A stretch of 49,653 bases of DNA from Methanobacteriota archaeon (GCA_043799545.1 JAZDNO010000021.1:1-49653), one strand, 5' to 3'. Counted from the first letter of the stretch, positions 1-9,292 are shown. Notes: generated from the letters alone by a model not told the origin. Numbers and translations are program-made.

Positions 1-95
1 GGCCTTTTCCTTCCGCCTGATGTGGTACGGCTCCATGCTTTCACTCCTGGGCGCGCGCAACGTTGTCTCGATGCACCAGTGTGAGCCGGCCTCCT

Positions 96-1661
96 TCAGA
101 CGTACCCGCGCTTGTCGTCCGTGAAGTGCTGGTTCCAGTAATGGTACGGAGAGTTCTGTTTCTGTGACCCGGTCATATCGCTCGCGACCCCGCCCTGGTA
201 GGAGCCGTAGCGGTCCTTTATCTGCTCCTCGATGCTCTTCGCGCGCTTCAAGGCATCCTGGATGTCCGCGCCGGTTATCAGCTTGTGGCCTTCCACGGTG
301 GCTATGTCGCCGGCGGTCCTTATGAGCCCTCCCAGCTCCCTGAGGCGGAGAGTCAACCCCTTCTCGCGGTTGTCCAGAAGCTTGGCGCGCCTCCCGGCCT
401 CCTTGATGGTTTCGTCGAGAGCCTCGATGGATGCGTGCGGAATCCTTCCGTCCATTATTATCTCCTGGGCGGCGAACTGGGCGAGCTTGAATCTGTTCTC
501 CTCGGTGTCTTCCATCGCCGTCTCCACAAGCACCTCGTATCCCGAGCCTATTATCCTCGACCTCAGAGGCGAGAGGATGTATTGCAGGTCCTGGATGTTG
601 TAGGCGCCGACGAAGATGAAATCGCATGGGACGTTGTCCACTCGGACGCTGGCGCCCGCGCTCTGCGGGTTCCTCCCGACTATCGGGAAACGCTTCTCCT
701 GCATTGCGGTGAGAAGGAAGCGCTGAAGCTGGGCCAGATGCGGCAGCTCGTCCACGAAAAGGACGCCCTGGTGCGCTTCGTGTATGGCACCCGGCAGCAC
801 TCTCTCGTAAGGCTGGGTCCCCAGTGTGGGATGCCCCCCGTACGGGTCGTGGCGCACGTCCCCCAGGAGTTCGACCTCGCTCGCACCGGTCGCAAGGACG
901 AAAGGGTTGCGGTTCACTGGAACGATGACCTTTCTGGGGCTGAGCTTGTCCATCTCCCGCGACTGCTCCAGCGCCTTCTGGTCGAGGATGCGAATCATCT
1001 CGCCTGCGCGCTCGTACACTACGACCTCGTCCTTGCCGAAGCGCTTCCTGGTGGTCGTGACGCGCTCATGGCCCGCCTGCGCGCCCATCGTCACCTCCAG
1101 CAGCCCGCCCAGCAGGTCGCCGAACGGGTTGTTCGGCGAGGCGCTCATGTTGGACATCTTCGGCCTCGTGCACTTCGGGCAGAAACGCTCCTTCGGAGTG
1201 GAATATGTGCCGCAGGTGACGCATTTGAAGCTCAGTCGCTCTGCCACGTTTACTGGAGCAGCTTTCGGCTCGATGAGCTCTCCCCCGGCCACCTGCTCGG
1301 TCTTGCTCTCCAGCTCCGCCTCCTCGCGGCTCTTGACCTCGATGAGCGGCCTCTCCGGGTTCTCAGGGTTCTGGACCACTCGAATCTCTTCTGAAGGCCT
1401 GTGCAGGTGGAGCGCAAGCGCCTGAGCTATCATCGATTTTCCGGTTCCCGGCGGACCCACCAGCATCAGATGCCTGCGCTGGTTTGCCGCTATCCTAGCG
1501 AGCTTGATGGCGTCGTCCTGGCCAATGACCCTTTTCAACGGATCCTTCGGTATGGGTATCTCAGCGGTGCTGGCGATGCCGTCGAGCGTCCACGCGGGGG
1601 AGCTCTCCTGCGATTCCGACGCCTGCCGCTCGCCCTTCGGGGTGATGCAAACCACTCTCAC
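96..1661 (-). CDS. LonB-like AAA+ ATPase lacking the protease domain and the TM insert (soluble, zinc-ribbon insert)
   Basis: LonB-type N-terminus VIGQDDAI, Walker A GPPGTGKS, Walker B VLFVDE, LLGDVRHDPY motif. CVTC-x10-CPKC sits where LonB has TM helices. The protein ends after the AAA lid with no Ser-Lys protease domain. The GTG start overlaps the dnaG stop (GTGA). Confidence 0.88.
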   Translation of the reverse strand: MRVVCITPKGERQASESQESSPAWTLDGIASTAEIPIPKDPLKRVIGQDDAIKLARIAANQRRHLMLVGPPGTGKSMIAQALALHLHRPSEEIRVVQNPENPERPLIEVKSREEAELESKTEQVAGGELIEPKAAPVNVAERLSFKCVTCGTYSTPKERFCPKCTRPKMSNMSASPNNPFGDLLGGLLEVTMGAQAGHERVTTTRKRFGKDEVVVYERAGEMIRILDQKALEQSREMDKLSPRKVIVPVNRNPFVLATGASEVELLGDVRHDPYGGHPTLGTQPYERVLPGAIHEAHQGVLFVDELPHLAQLQRFLLTAMQEKRFPIVGRNPQSAGASVRVDNVPCDFIFVGAYNIQDLQYILSPLRSRIIGSGYEVLVETAMEDTEENRFKLAQFAAQEIIMDGRIPHASIEALDETIKEAGRRAKLLDNREKGLTLRLRELGGLIRTAGDIATVEGHKLITGADIQDALKRAKSIEEQIKDRYGSYQGGVASDMTGSQKQNSPYHYWNQHFTDDKRGYV

Positions 1662-3001
1662 TCGAGGTCGGCCTTCGTCCAGACAGAGACCTCGCTCGCC
1701 TTCTTGGTCACGTTCCCCATCTTGCTGCCGACGAGGTTGCCGATTTTCTTCTCGGCCGCCAAATCCACAAGCCTCTGGGTGACTATCCCGTCGAAGACAA
1801 CTGTCTTTATCTTCTCCGGAGGCTCGCCCTTGAGCTTCTCCGCCAGGTCTCTGACCGCGACTTCCTCGAGAAGCGCGTTCTCAAGCCCGACGAGCTTTGC
1901 CTTGCTCGTGCCGGTGAGCTCCTGCAGCGTCTTCAGGAACGCCTCCTGCTCGACGGTAAGCTGCTTCTTGGCTTTCTTCGGCGGCTCCTGGCGCATCTCA
2001 TCGCGCCGGGGTTCCTCGCGGCGTGGCTTCCTCTCCTCCTTCGGTTCGGGGGAGCGATCGTCCCTTCTGTCGTCTCTCCTGTCGTCCCTCCGGCGTTCCC
2101 TTGGCTCTATATCTGGCCGTGGGCCGTTTTGGCGGGGCTCTGGCGAAACCTTCTCGTCCTTGTCAGGAGCGTGCGTTATGATGTCCGCACCCTGCTCGGC
2201 CGGAACCTTGTTGCGCAGCGCCTTCGTTATCTGCTTGTGGGTGAGCTCCTCGACCTCCATGTTCTGGGGTGCGCGGGCTATGAAATCTATCTCTGCGACC
2301 TGCATCAGCTCCCTTATTATGAGTTCCCCGCCCCTGTCACCGTCGACGAAGGCCGTCACGACCCTCTCCTTTGACAGATCCTGGATGGTCTTCGGGACGT
2401 TCGTTCCCTCGACCGCGATGGCGTTCTTTATTCCCGCTTTAAGCAGGTTGATTACGTCGTTCCTGCCCTCCACGACGATGATGGCGTCCGAGTCCTCGAT
2501 GTTCGGCCCTGCAGGCAAGCGCTCCGCCCCGTAGGTCAGTATGTCCTGCACCTGAACCGACTGGCGAACTGCCTCCGTGAGGTCGTCGGACGTCGATTTG
2601 GTGGATTCGAGAAGCTTCGTCAGGAGCTCTTTGGCCCTGTCGACGATTCTCGTCCTCTTGCTCATCCGGACGTCCTCGATGGAGAGCACGTCTATCTTAG
2701 CCCTGCACGGTCCCACGCGGTCTATCGTCTCAAGGGATGCGGCGAGTATCGCCGTCTCGACCTGGTCTAGGCTCGAAGGTATCAACACCTCTCCCTCTGC
2801 GTGGCCTTTTGTGGCCGTGATGTCCACTTCAATCCTGCCAATCCTCGATGACTTCTGAAGGTCGCGAAGATCGAGCTCCTCCCCTAGGAGCCCCTCTGTC
2901 TGGCCGAAAATCGCCCCGACGACGTCAGGCTTCTCGACTATGCCGTCGGCCGAAATCTTGGCCCTTATCATGTACTTCGTTGTGTTTGGATCTAGGTTCA
3001 T
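1658..3001 (-). CDS. dnaG: Archaeal DnaG-type primase (TOPRIM; exosome-associated family)
   Basis: KPDVVGAIFGQTEGLLGEELDLRDLQK and the TOPRIM motifs IIVVEGRNDV and FVDGDRGG. Confidence 0.97.
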   Translation of the reverse strand: MNLDPNTTKYMIRAKISADGIVEKPDVVGAIFGQTEGLLGEELDLRDLQKSSRIGRIEVDITATKGHAEGEVLIPSSLDQVETAILAASLETIDRVGPCRAKIDVLSIEDVRMSKRTRIVDRAKELLTKLLESTKSTSDDLTEAVRQSVQVQDILTYGAERLPAGPNIEDSDAIIVVEGRNDVINLLKAGIKNAIAVEGTNVPKTIQDLSKERVVTAFVDGDRGGELIIRELMQVAEIDFIARAPQNMEVEELTHKQITKALRNKVPAEQGADIITHAPDKDEKVSPEPRQNGPRPDIEPRERRRDDRRDDRRDDRSPEPKEERKPRREEPRRDEMRQEPPKKAKKQLTVEQEAFLKTLQELTGTSKAKLVGLENALLEEVAVRDLAEKLKGEPPEKIKTVVFDGIVTQRLVDLAAEKKIGNLVGSKMGNVTKKASEVSVWTKADLE

Positions 3002-3178
3002 ATCATTGCCTCCTTGGTTCTGGTAAGAATCGTTCCGGGCGGACTTTTCACATGTGTCCAGCCTAACCTTCTAGGTTATACGCGTGATATTCAACTTGAT
3101 GGTGAATTTCGTGAATGCGCTGTTCCGCGCAAGCATCGCGAATGGCGATTCTTTACGAAGGTTGAGTAGTTGTCGAAG

Positions 3179-3186
3179 TATATAAA
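3179..3186 (+). promoter_or_regulatory. TATA box (tatataaa) in the dnaG/lig divergent intergenic region
   Basis: Canonical TATA-like octamer in an AT-rich patch about 65 nt upstream of the lig ATG. It could also serve dnaG on the opposite strand. Confidence 0.5.
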
Positions 3187-3250
3187 TATTTCTAGATTTC
3201 GGTCCAGAGCATTAGACGGGGTTATATACCACGATGCCAATCCATGCTCA

Positions 3251-5002
3251 ATGGACTATGCGGAAATAGCCAAAACATACGAGGCGCTGGAGGGGACCAC
3301 AAAGCGCCTGGAGATGACGCAGATACTCGTTGACCTTTTAAAGGCGACCCGAAAGGAGGATGTCAGGAAGGTCGTCTATCTCACCAGGGGCATGGTCGCT
3401 CCGGATTTCGAAGGGGTGGAGTTCGGAGTCGCAGACAGGCTGGCGGTGAAGGCGATTTACGAGGCGACGAGGGTCTCAGGGCTGGAGGAAGTGCAGCTCC
3501 AGGTCGGCGACCTAGGCGAAGTGGCCAAATTAGCAGTCGAGAAGAAGGCCCAGCGGGCTCTGTTCTCCGAACCGCTGACGCTGGACAGGGTTTTCGGCAA
3601 TCTCGTCAAGATAGCGCGCGCAGAGGGCTCTGGAGCGCAGGATGCGCGAGCGAAGCTCCTTGCCGAGCTCATACACGATTCTACGCCCCTGGAGGCGAAA
3701 TACATCTGCAGGACGGTCGTGGGGAAGTTGAGGCTCGGAATCGCAGACATGACAATCGTGGACGCCCTCGCTGCCGCTTTCGCGACCAAGGAGCAAAGGG
3801 GGGACGTGGAGCGCGCCTACAACCTTTGCTCGGACCTCGGGCTCGTGGCAGAGAAGCTAGCCTCAGGCGGCATAGATTCGCTCTCATCAGTGACCGTTTC
3901 AGTCGGCGTCCCCATGCGCGCCATGCTCTGCGAGCGCCTTTCCAGCATCCCGGAGATTCTGGAGAAGCTTGGGGAGTGCGCCTTCGAGTACAAGTACGAC
4001 GGGCTCAGGGTCCAGGCCCACAAGTCAGGGTCTGAAGTTAAACTGTTCACCAGGCAGCTCGAGAACGTAACCACTCAGTTTCCCGACGTCGCCGGGTACA
4101 TTTCCAAAGCTGTGACCGCAGCGATTGCCATCGTGGAAGGGGAGATTGTGCCCGTGGAACCGAACACGGGGGAACTGCTGCCGTTCCAGGTCGTTTCCAG
4201 GAGGCGTGGGCGGGTGCACGGCGTGGGCGAGGCTGCGGAAGATTTTCCAGTGCACGTCTTTCTTTTCGACTGCCTGATGGCCGAAGGCAGAGATATGACG
4301 AACGAGCCATACCCCTTAAGGAGAAATGCTCTAATCGCGTACATGAAACCCACAGAGGCAGCAACCGTTGCTGACCAGATAGTCACAGGTGACGAAAAAG
4401 TGGCAGAAGAATTCTTCCTCAAATCCATAGCCGCAGGTTGTGAGGGAGTGGTCGCCAAATCGACAGCCCCTGAATCCGTTTACAAAGCCGGCTCGCGTGG
4501 CTGGCTCTGGATAAAGTACAAGACAGATTACCGTTCGGAGATGACAGACACCGTCGACCTGGTAGTTGTGGGGGCTTTCGCGGGCAGGGGAAAGCGTTCC
4601 GGTGTTTACGGGGCGCTGCTGATGGGAGCTCGAAATCAGGATACTGGCGTCTTTGAAACCGTGACGAAGCTGGGGACGGGCTTCAACGACGAGATGCTGG
4701 CAAGGTTGCCCCCCATGCTCGAGAGCGTTAAAATTTCCAAGCCGTCGAAGCGGGTGAATACGCGAATGCAAGCCGACTTCTGGTTCGAGCCTTCGGTCGT
4801 ACTGGAGGTCTCCGGCGCGGAGATAACGCTGTCGCCGATACACACCTGCGGGCTCGGAGCCGTGAGGGAGGAAAGCGGCTTCGCGATAAGGTTCCCCAGG
4901 TTCACGGGGCGATTCAGGGACGACAAGGGCCCGGAGGACGCTACGTCCTCTGCAGAGATGATGCGGATGTACGACCGCCAGCTCAAGAAGGTGCAGGGAT
5001 GA
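3251..5002 (+). CDS. lig: ATP-dependent DNA ligase
   Basis: Motif I EYKYDGLRVQAH, EGVVAK, WIKYK, TKLGTGF, IRFPRF. Start moved to ATG 3251 (MDYAEIAK). Confidence 0.97.
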   Translation: MDYAEIAKTYEALEGTTKRLEMTQILVDLLKATRKEDVRKVVYLTRGMVAPDFEGVEFGVADRLAVKAIYEATRVSGLEEVQLQVGDLGEVAKLAVEKKAQRALFSEPLTLDRVFGNLVKIARAEGSGAQDARAKLLAELIHDSTPLEAKYICRTVVGKLRLGIADMTIVDALAAAFATKEQRGDVERAYNLCSDLGLVAEKLASGGIDSLSSVTVSVGVPMRAMLCERLSSIPEILEKLGECAFEYKYDGLRVQAHKSGSEVKLFTRQLENVTTQFPDVAGYISKAVTAAIAIVEGEIVPVEPNTGELLPFQVVSRRRGRVHGVGEAAEDFPVHVFLFDCLMAEGRDMTNEPYPLRRNALIAYMKPTEAATVADQIVTGDEKVAEEFFLKSIAAGCEGVVAKSTAPESVYKAGSRGWLWIKYKTDYRSEMTDTVDLVVVGAFAGRGKRSGVYGALLMGARNQDTGVFETVTKLGTGFNDEMLARLPPMLESVKISKPSKRVNTRMQADFWFEPSVVLEVSGAEITLSPIHTCGLGAVREESGFAIRFPRFTGRFRDDKGPEDATSSAEMMRMYDRQLKKVQG

Positions 5003-5250
5003 GCGAAGAGAAGTTTGAGCCAGTATCTGCTCCGCAACCCGACGAAACCTATCCATGGAAGGCGTGGCGGGTCAGGAATCCGAAGGGGCGCATAGGCTCG
5101 GCAATCGGGGTCGCTGTCTTCGGCGCGCTAGCGGTTTGCGGCTGGCTGTGGTGGCCCCTTTACACGGCGCTGCTTTTTGGATTGCTGGAGGCGCTCAGCG
5201 TCCTGAGGTTCTACCAGGAATGGGCCGAGAACGGCGCTTGGGCGAAATAG
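4999..5250 (+). CDS. Small membrane protein (2 predicted TM helices)
   Basis: ATGA overlap with the lig stop and two hydrophobic stretches. Confidence 0.65.
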   Translation: MSEEKFEPVSAPQPDETYPWKAWRVRNPKGRIGSAIGVAVFGALAVCGWLWWPLYTALLFGLLEALSVLRFYQEWAENGAWAK

Positions 5251-5366
5251 ATTGTCCAGAAGTTGATTTAAGGGTTTTCACAGCCATCCAGCAGATGGGA
5301 TGCTCTTGCATTGGCGCCGCAGTTTCTCAGTCATTTCCCGTCAAACTGCAAGCGCAATCAATCGCT

Positions 5367-5549
5367 TCATTCCATTGTGATTGCGCCTTCGGGGCATCCA
5401 GACTCGCACGCCCCACACTCGATGCACGCGTCAGCGTGGACCACGAGGCTCTTTCCGTCCTTGATTTCGAAGACCTTCGGGTCCGCTGGGCAGACCTCGT
5501 AGCACGCTCCGCATCCGTTGCACTTGGCCATGTCAACTTTCGGTGGCAT
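5367..5549 (-). CDS. 2x[4Fe-4S] ferredoxin
   Basis: Two CxxCxxCxxxCP motifs (CNGCGACYEVCP, CIECGACESGCP), with an upstream GGAGGT RBS. Confidence 0.95.
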   Translation of the reverse strand: MPPKVDMAKCNGCGACYEVCPADPKVFEIKDGKSLVVHADACIECGACESGCPEGAITME

Positions 5550-5607
5550 TTATTTACCTCCAAATTGTAATCCCGGAATCGGGCCATCGGGCATAAACCT
5601 TTCCCTG

Positions 5608-6462
5608 TCAGGCTTCCGCACGAAGCGATTTGAGGACTCGCAGGTTCTTTGCGAACGAGTCTTCACCGGTGGGCAAGGGGGGAGTCTCCAGATATCCTGG
5701 CACATCCTCGAAGCGCCTGTCGTTCACAATATACCTGAAGCATTCGATTCCGATCTTCCCGTTTCCAATCTGCTCGTGCCTGTCCTTCCTTGAACCGAAG
5801 TCGTTCATCGTGTCGTTCAAATGGAATGCTCTCAGGCGGTCCAGGCCGACCGTCGAGTGGAAATCGTCCAGAGTATCGTCCCATCCCTTCGCGGTGCGGA
5901 TCTCGTATCCGGCTGAGAACGCATGGCAAGTGTCGAAGCACAAGCCCATCCGTTGATTGCCCCCCGCGAGGTCGATTATCTCGGCCATATGCTCGAACCG
6001 GTGCCCGATGTATGACCCCTGGCCGGCCGTCGTCTCCAGGAGCAGGTTGACCTTTGCCGCCTTCGTCTGCTCCAGGACGTCGCCCAAAGCTTCGCCTATT
6101 CTCTGAATACCCTTTGCTTCCCCGCTCTCGGCGTGAGAGCCCGGATGGAAAATCAGCGCCTGGATTCCCAGGTATTCAGCCCTGCGGACCTCTTCAAGAA
6201 AAGCGCCGCGGGATTTCTTCCATGCCTCGGGGTTGGGGGAGGCCAGATTTATAAGGTACGAATCGTGGGATGCCATGCGCGAGATTCCCGTTTCCTTCCG
6301 CGCGGCATCCAGCGATTCCCTGTCGTCAGCCGTCAGGGCTCTTCCGCTCCACTGGCTCGCGCTCTTAGTGAAAACCTGGACGCATTCGCAGCCGTCCTCG
6401 GATCCCTTTGCAATCGCGTTGCCAAATCCCTTGGCGATGGACTCGTGCGCGCCGAGAAGCAT
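5608..6462 (-). CDS. nfo: Endonuclease IV (AP endonuclease family 2)
   Basis: HDSYLINLAS, FHPGSH, LLLETTAGQG, CFDTCHAF, HLND, DRHEQIG metal-ligand motifs. Confidence 0.95.
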   Translation of the reverse strand: MLLGAHESIAKGFGNAIAKGSEDGCECVQVFTKSASQWSGRALTADDRESLDAARKETGISRMASHDSYLINLASPNPEAWKKSRGAFLEEVRRAEYLGIQALIFHPGSHAESGEAKGIQRIGEALGDVLEQTKAAKVNLLLETTAGQGSYIGHRFEHMAEIIDLAGGNQRMGLCFDTCHAFSAGYEIRTAKGWDDTLDDFHSTVGLDRLRAFHLNDTMNDFGSRKDRHEQIGNGKIGIECFRYIVNDRRFEDVPGYLETPPLPTGEDSFAKNLRVLKSLRAEA

Positions 6463-6526
6463 GCCCCGGCTATTCTCCTGGCGATATTAAACGTTGCCCA
6501 TCAATACGGTTAAGTAAACGTACAAA

Positions 6527-8146
6527 TTGCCAGGCTTGATGAACCACGCGCTAGCCTTAAAAATCCTTGTCTTCGCCGTCATCGCGCCTTTGGCGATGCT
6601 GGCTGTATCGTTCGCTGGCTTCAGGCCCGCAGGTTTTGCCGGATACATGCTGCTGACGGTCTTGATAGGCGTGTGGAACGTCACGGTAATACGACACCTC
6701 TGGACAACGGGCCCGAAAGTCTGGCAGACATACGCGCTCGCGGGGGCGATGGTGCCAGTCTTCCTTTGCTGGACCCTGTTCCACCCGGTGCTTTTCAAGT
6801 ACACGAGGGCGGTTCTGCTGTTCACCTTTTTCGTCGCACTCGTCATGTCCGTCATGGCTTCGAGGCGCGCCGTAAAGCGCGGCCTGCGTCATTACTTCGT
6901 TCCTGTCTACAACGCACTGGGGATGGGCATCATGGCGATATGGCTTGCCCAGGAAGGAGCCTCGGGGATTCCATCGTTCGTCGCGCCTCTCGGATACGCA
7001 AGTGGTCTGACGCAGGCGCTGAACTACTACTATCTGGCTTTCCTCATGCCTTTTCTCTTCCTGCCGCCGATTCTGCTCAAGTTCGAATCCGAGGACAAGC
7101 CGGTCCTGTCACCGCGCGGAAAAATCAGCATCCAGACTGTCGGCTGGGGAGTCGGCAAAGCGGTATCTGCACTGTCGGCCTACATCGTGGGGTTCGTGCT
7201 GATTTCCGTGGCCCTCGGAGCCGCGAACATTTCTTCGTTTTCCGATGACAGCCCGGATTACCAGCCGCGCCCGGAAATGAAGTTCGCCATTGTATCCAGG
7301 AGCTTCACAGCCGAGAAATCGCCAATCTCCGGCTGGCGGGACGAGGTGGCGCTTGAGATTTCCGCCGCGAAGGAGATGGGCCTCGATTTCCTGCGGTACG
7401 ACATCCGCAGCGAGATGGTCGAGAGCACCGAGGGGATTGCCGCTCTTCAAAGCGTTTCCGATTCCGTTCGAGCGGAAGGGATGGGCCTCATGCTCGGGTT
7501 GTACGGCCGCGCGGACTGGCCCGTCCAGCTGCCCTCGAGCTTCGACGCCTACTGCGCGCAGATAACCGCCGATACGCTTGCGGTCGCTCCGATGGCCGAT
7601 TACGTCCTGCCATATTACGAGCCGAACGGCCAAGCTGGGCTTGTGCTGGGACATGCGGAGGAACCCGATGTTTGGGCCGCGGCATGCAGAGAACTAACCA
7701 TGCTCGTGAAGAACGAAAGCTCGGCCAAGGTCATGATAGAGATAGCAATTGGCGAAGAAACTATGCCGCTCATCGAAGCCGTCCAGCAAACAGGCGTGGA
7801 TGCGATTGGCTTGGACATCTACCCGCAAAACTGGGATGACATGGGAGCGTTCCAGGAATGCGCCGCCGCAGTGGACCGTTCGCTGGTTCCCGAGGTCTGG
7901 CTCTCTGAGTTCGGGATGGAATGCTCGATGTTCGGCGAGGATGCGCAGGCGACGTTCATCAAAATGGCCGTGGCGGAGGCTTCGCGGCTCAACCTGACAG
8001 GCTGCTGCCTGTGGGCGCTCCAGGACGATACGGGCCTGGGGCATCCTCCCTATGCGCTATCGCACTTCGGTATCGTTTACGCGGACTGGAAGCACAAGCC
8101 TGGCTTTGACGCATATGCGGAAGCCATCGCCGCGGTTCGCAGTTGA
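6527..8146 (+). CDS. Polytopic membrane protein fused to a C-terminal clan GH-A-like glycoside hydrolase TIM barrel
   Basis: About 7-8 hydrophobic segments in the first ~235 aa, then LRYDI, YYEPNG (acid/base position), IGLDIYP, WLSEFG (nucleophile position), LWALQD and FGIV..KPGFDAY. Confidence 0.7.
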   Translation: MPGLMNHALALKILVFAVIAPLAMLAVSFAGFRPAGFAGYMLLTVLIGVWNVTVIRHLWTTGPKVWQTYALAGAMVPVFLCWTLFHPVLFKYTRAVLLFTFFVALVMSVMASRRAVKRGLRHYFVPVYNALGMGIMAIWLAQEGASGIPSFVAPLGYASGLTQALNYYYLAFLMPFLFLPPILLKFESEDKPVLSPRGKISIQTVGWGVGKAVSALSAYIVGFVLISVALGAANISSFSDDSPDYQPRPEMKFAIVSRSFTAEKSPISGWRDEVALEISAAKEMGLDFLRYDIRSEMVESTEGIAALQSVSDSVRAEGMGLMLGLYGRADWPVQLPSSFDAYCAQITADTLAVAPMADYVLPYYEPNGQAGLVLGHAEEPDVWAAACRELTMLVKNESSAKVMIEIAIGEETMPLIEAVQQTGVDAIGLDIYPQNWDDMGAFQECAAAVDRSLVPEVWLSEFGMECSMFGEDAQATFIKMAVAEASRLNLTGCCLWALQDDTGLGHPPYALSHFGIVYADWKHKPGFDAYAEAIAAVRS

Positions 8147-8166
8147 CGGATGGTCGACCAGAGTTT

Positions 8167-8457
8167 TCAACCGTACATGGAACCATCGTACTCGTGCTTT
8201 GCGAGAAATGGTTTCTTCGGGCGCTTTCCCCCGCCCGACCTGTGGAAGAGAATATCCGTCCTCGCAAGGGTGAGGTATTTCTTCTCTACGCCCTCGACGC
8301 CCACCATCCCTTTTCTTTGCAGGATGGCTATGGCTTTCTTGAACGCCATCGGCGGGACTCCGACCTCCTTTTCAACCTCAATCCAGGTCGCGGGGTATAG
8401 CTCCAAAAGTATCTTCAGGATTCTCCCCTCGACGCTTCCCGCATCAACTTCGAACAT
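8167..8457 (-). CDS. Small winged-helix-like protein ending in MYG
   Basis: Start moved to ATG 8457 (MFEVDAGS) to avoid overlap with the upstream gene. Helix pattern RILKILLELYP..WIEVEKEV..FKKAIAILQRKGMV. Confidence 0.65.
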   Translation of the reverse strand: MFEVDAGSVEGRILKILLELYPATWIEVEKEVGVPPMAFKKAIAILQRKGMVGVEGVEKKYLTLARTDILFHRSGGGKRPKKPFLAKHEYDGSMYG

Positions 8458-8483
8458 TGCAGCGGCATGCTCCGGGATTCCGC

Positions 8484-8774
8484 CTAGCCGAACATCGTCG
8501 TCGGCTCCTTGCCCTTGTCCTTCTCGGGCTCGGCGGCCTTGATGATATCGATGGAAGAGACCATGTGGGCGGGAATTATCCTCAGCCTGCCAGCAGATTC
8601 CTTGTGCGATTCGTCCAGCTTCATGCACAGCCCCTCGTTGCTGCCAATTACCGTGTACCCGAGAAACGTCCCGTGCGTAACCAGCGGCGAATCCTTGGAT
8701 TCCAGGGATACGACCCTGTACTTCGAGCCCTTCGTAATCAACACCGGTTTCTCTTCCGCCATCACATCCACCAT
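8484..8774 (-). CDS. Small beta-rich conserved hypothetical protein, possibly Sm-like fold, ending in MFG
   Basis: Tightly packed between two co-oriented genes. Beta-strand pattern GTFLGY...IIPAHMVSSIDII. Confidence 0.7.
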   Translation of the reverse strand: MVDVMAEEKPVLITKGSKYRVVSLESKDSPLVTHGTFLGYTVIGSNEGLCMKLDESHKESAGRLRIIPAHMVSSIDIIKAAEPEKDKGKEPTTMFG

Positions 8775-8775
8775 G

Positions 8776-9237
8776 TCATTTCCTCCTCTCCGATTTCACC
8801 AACGAGTCGATATGGTCAACGCTCTTCCTATAATTTTCCATCGCGATTTCCACGTTTGCCTCCACGAAGTTCCAGGCCTTCGTCAGGCTGCCGTATCGCA
8901 GTCGGACACCGCGCTTCCTCTGGCGGCCGTCCTCGAACGCCACGTCTTCAACGATGTCCATCGCCCTTAGCTTCCCCAGGTGCCTGTATACGGTTACCTT
9001 CGAGGTGCTCAAACGCTTCGACAGCTCCTCGGGCGTCCATGGCTTCTCCGGCCTTCGAACCAGGCAGTCCACGAAGAGCCTGTACGGGATGCCTTCCCTC
9101 ACAGCCTTCGTTCCGCGCTTGCCCTCCTGCCCTTTCGGGAGGTATCCGACCTGGAAAAGGAAGGTCTCCAGAGCCTCGTCGGGGTCGTCCACGTTCGTGA
9201 GCGGGAGGTTCCTTGCGACTGAAATCTCGAACTGCAT
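8776..9237 (-). CDS. ArsR-like helix-turn-helix transcriptional regulator
   Basis: WTPEELSKRLSTSKVTVYRHLGKLRAMDIV helix-turn-helix. Confidence 0.8.
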   Translation of the reverse strand: MQFEISVARNLPLTNVDDPDEALETFLFQVGYLPKGQEGKRGTKAVREGIPYRLFVDCLVRRPEKPWTPEELSKRLSTSKVTVYRHLGKLRAMDIVEDVAFEDGRQRKRGVRLRYGSLTKAWNFVEANVEIAMENYRKSVDHIDSLVKSERRK

Positions 9238-9292
9238 CGGGTAGACATAGACCGCTTACGATTTAAGATTATGGCTTAAAAGAAAAACCTGA

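Noticed and set aside
96-1661. Annotation as an active Lon protease, or as a truncated pseudogene
   Set aside because: There is no Ser-Lys protease domain, but the ORF ends cleanly with an ordered tail and no protease remnant was seen in the 95 nt that follow.
3002-3250. Replication origin between dnaG and lig
   Set aside because: No ORB-like repeats and no cdc6/orc1 gene are nearby.
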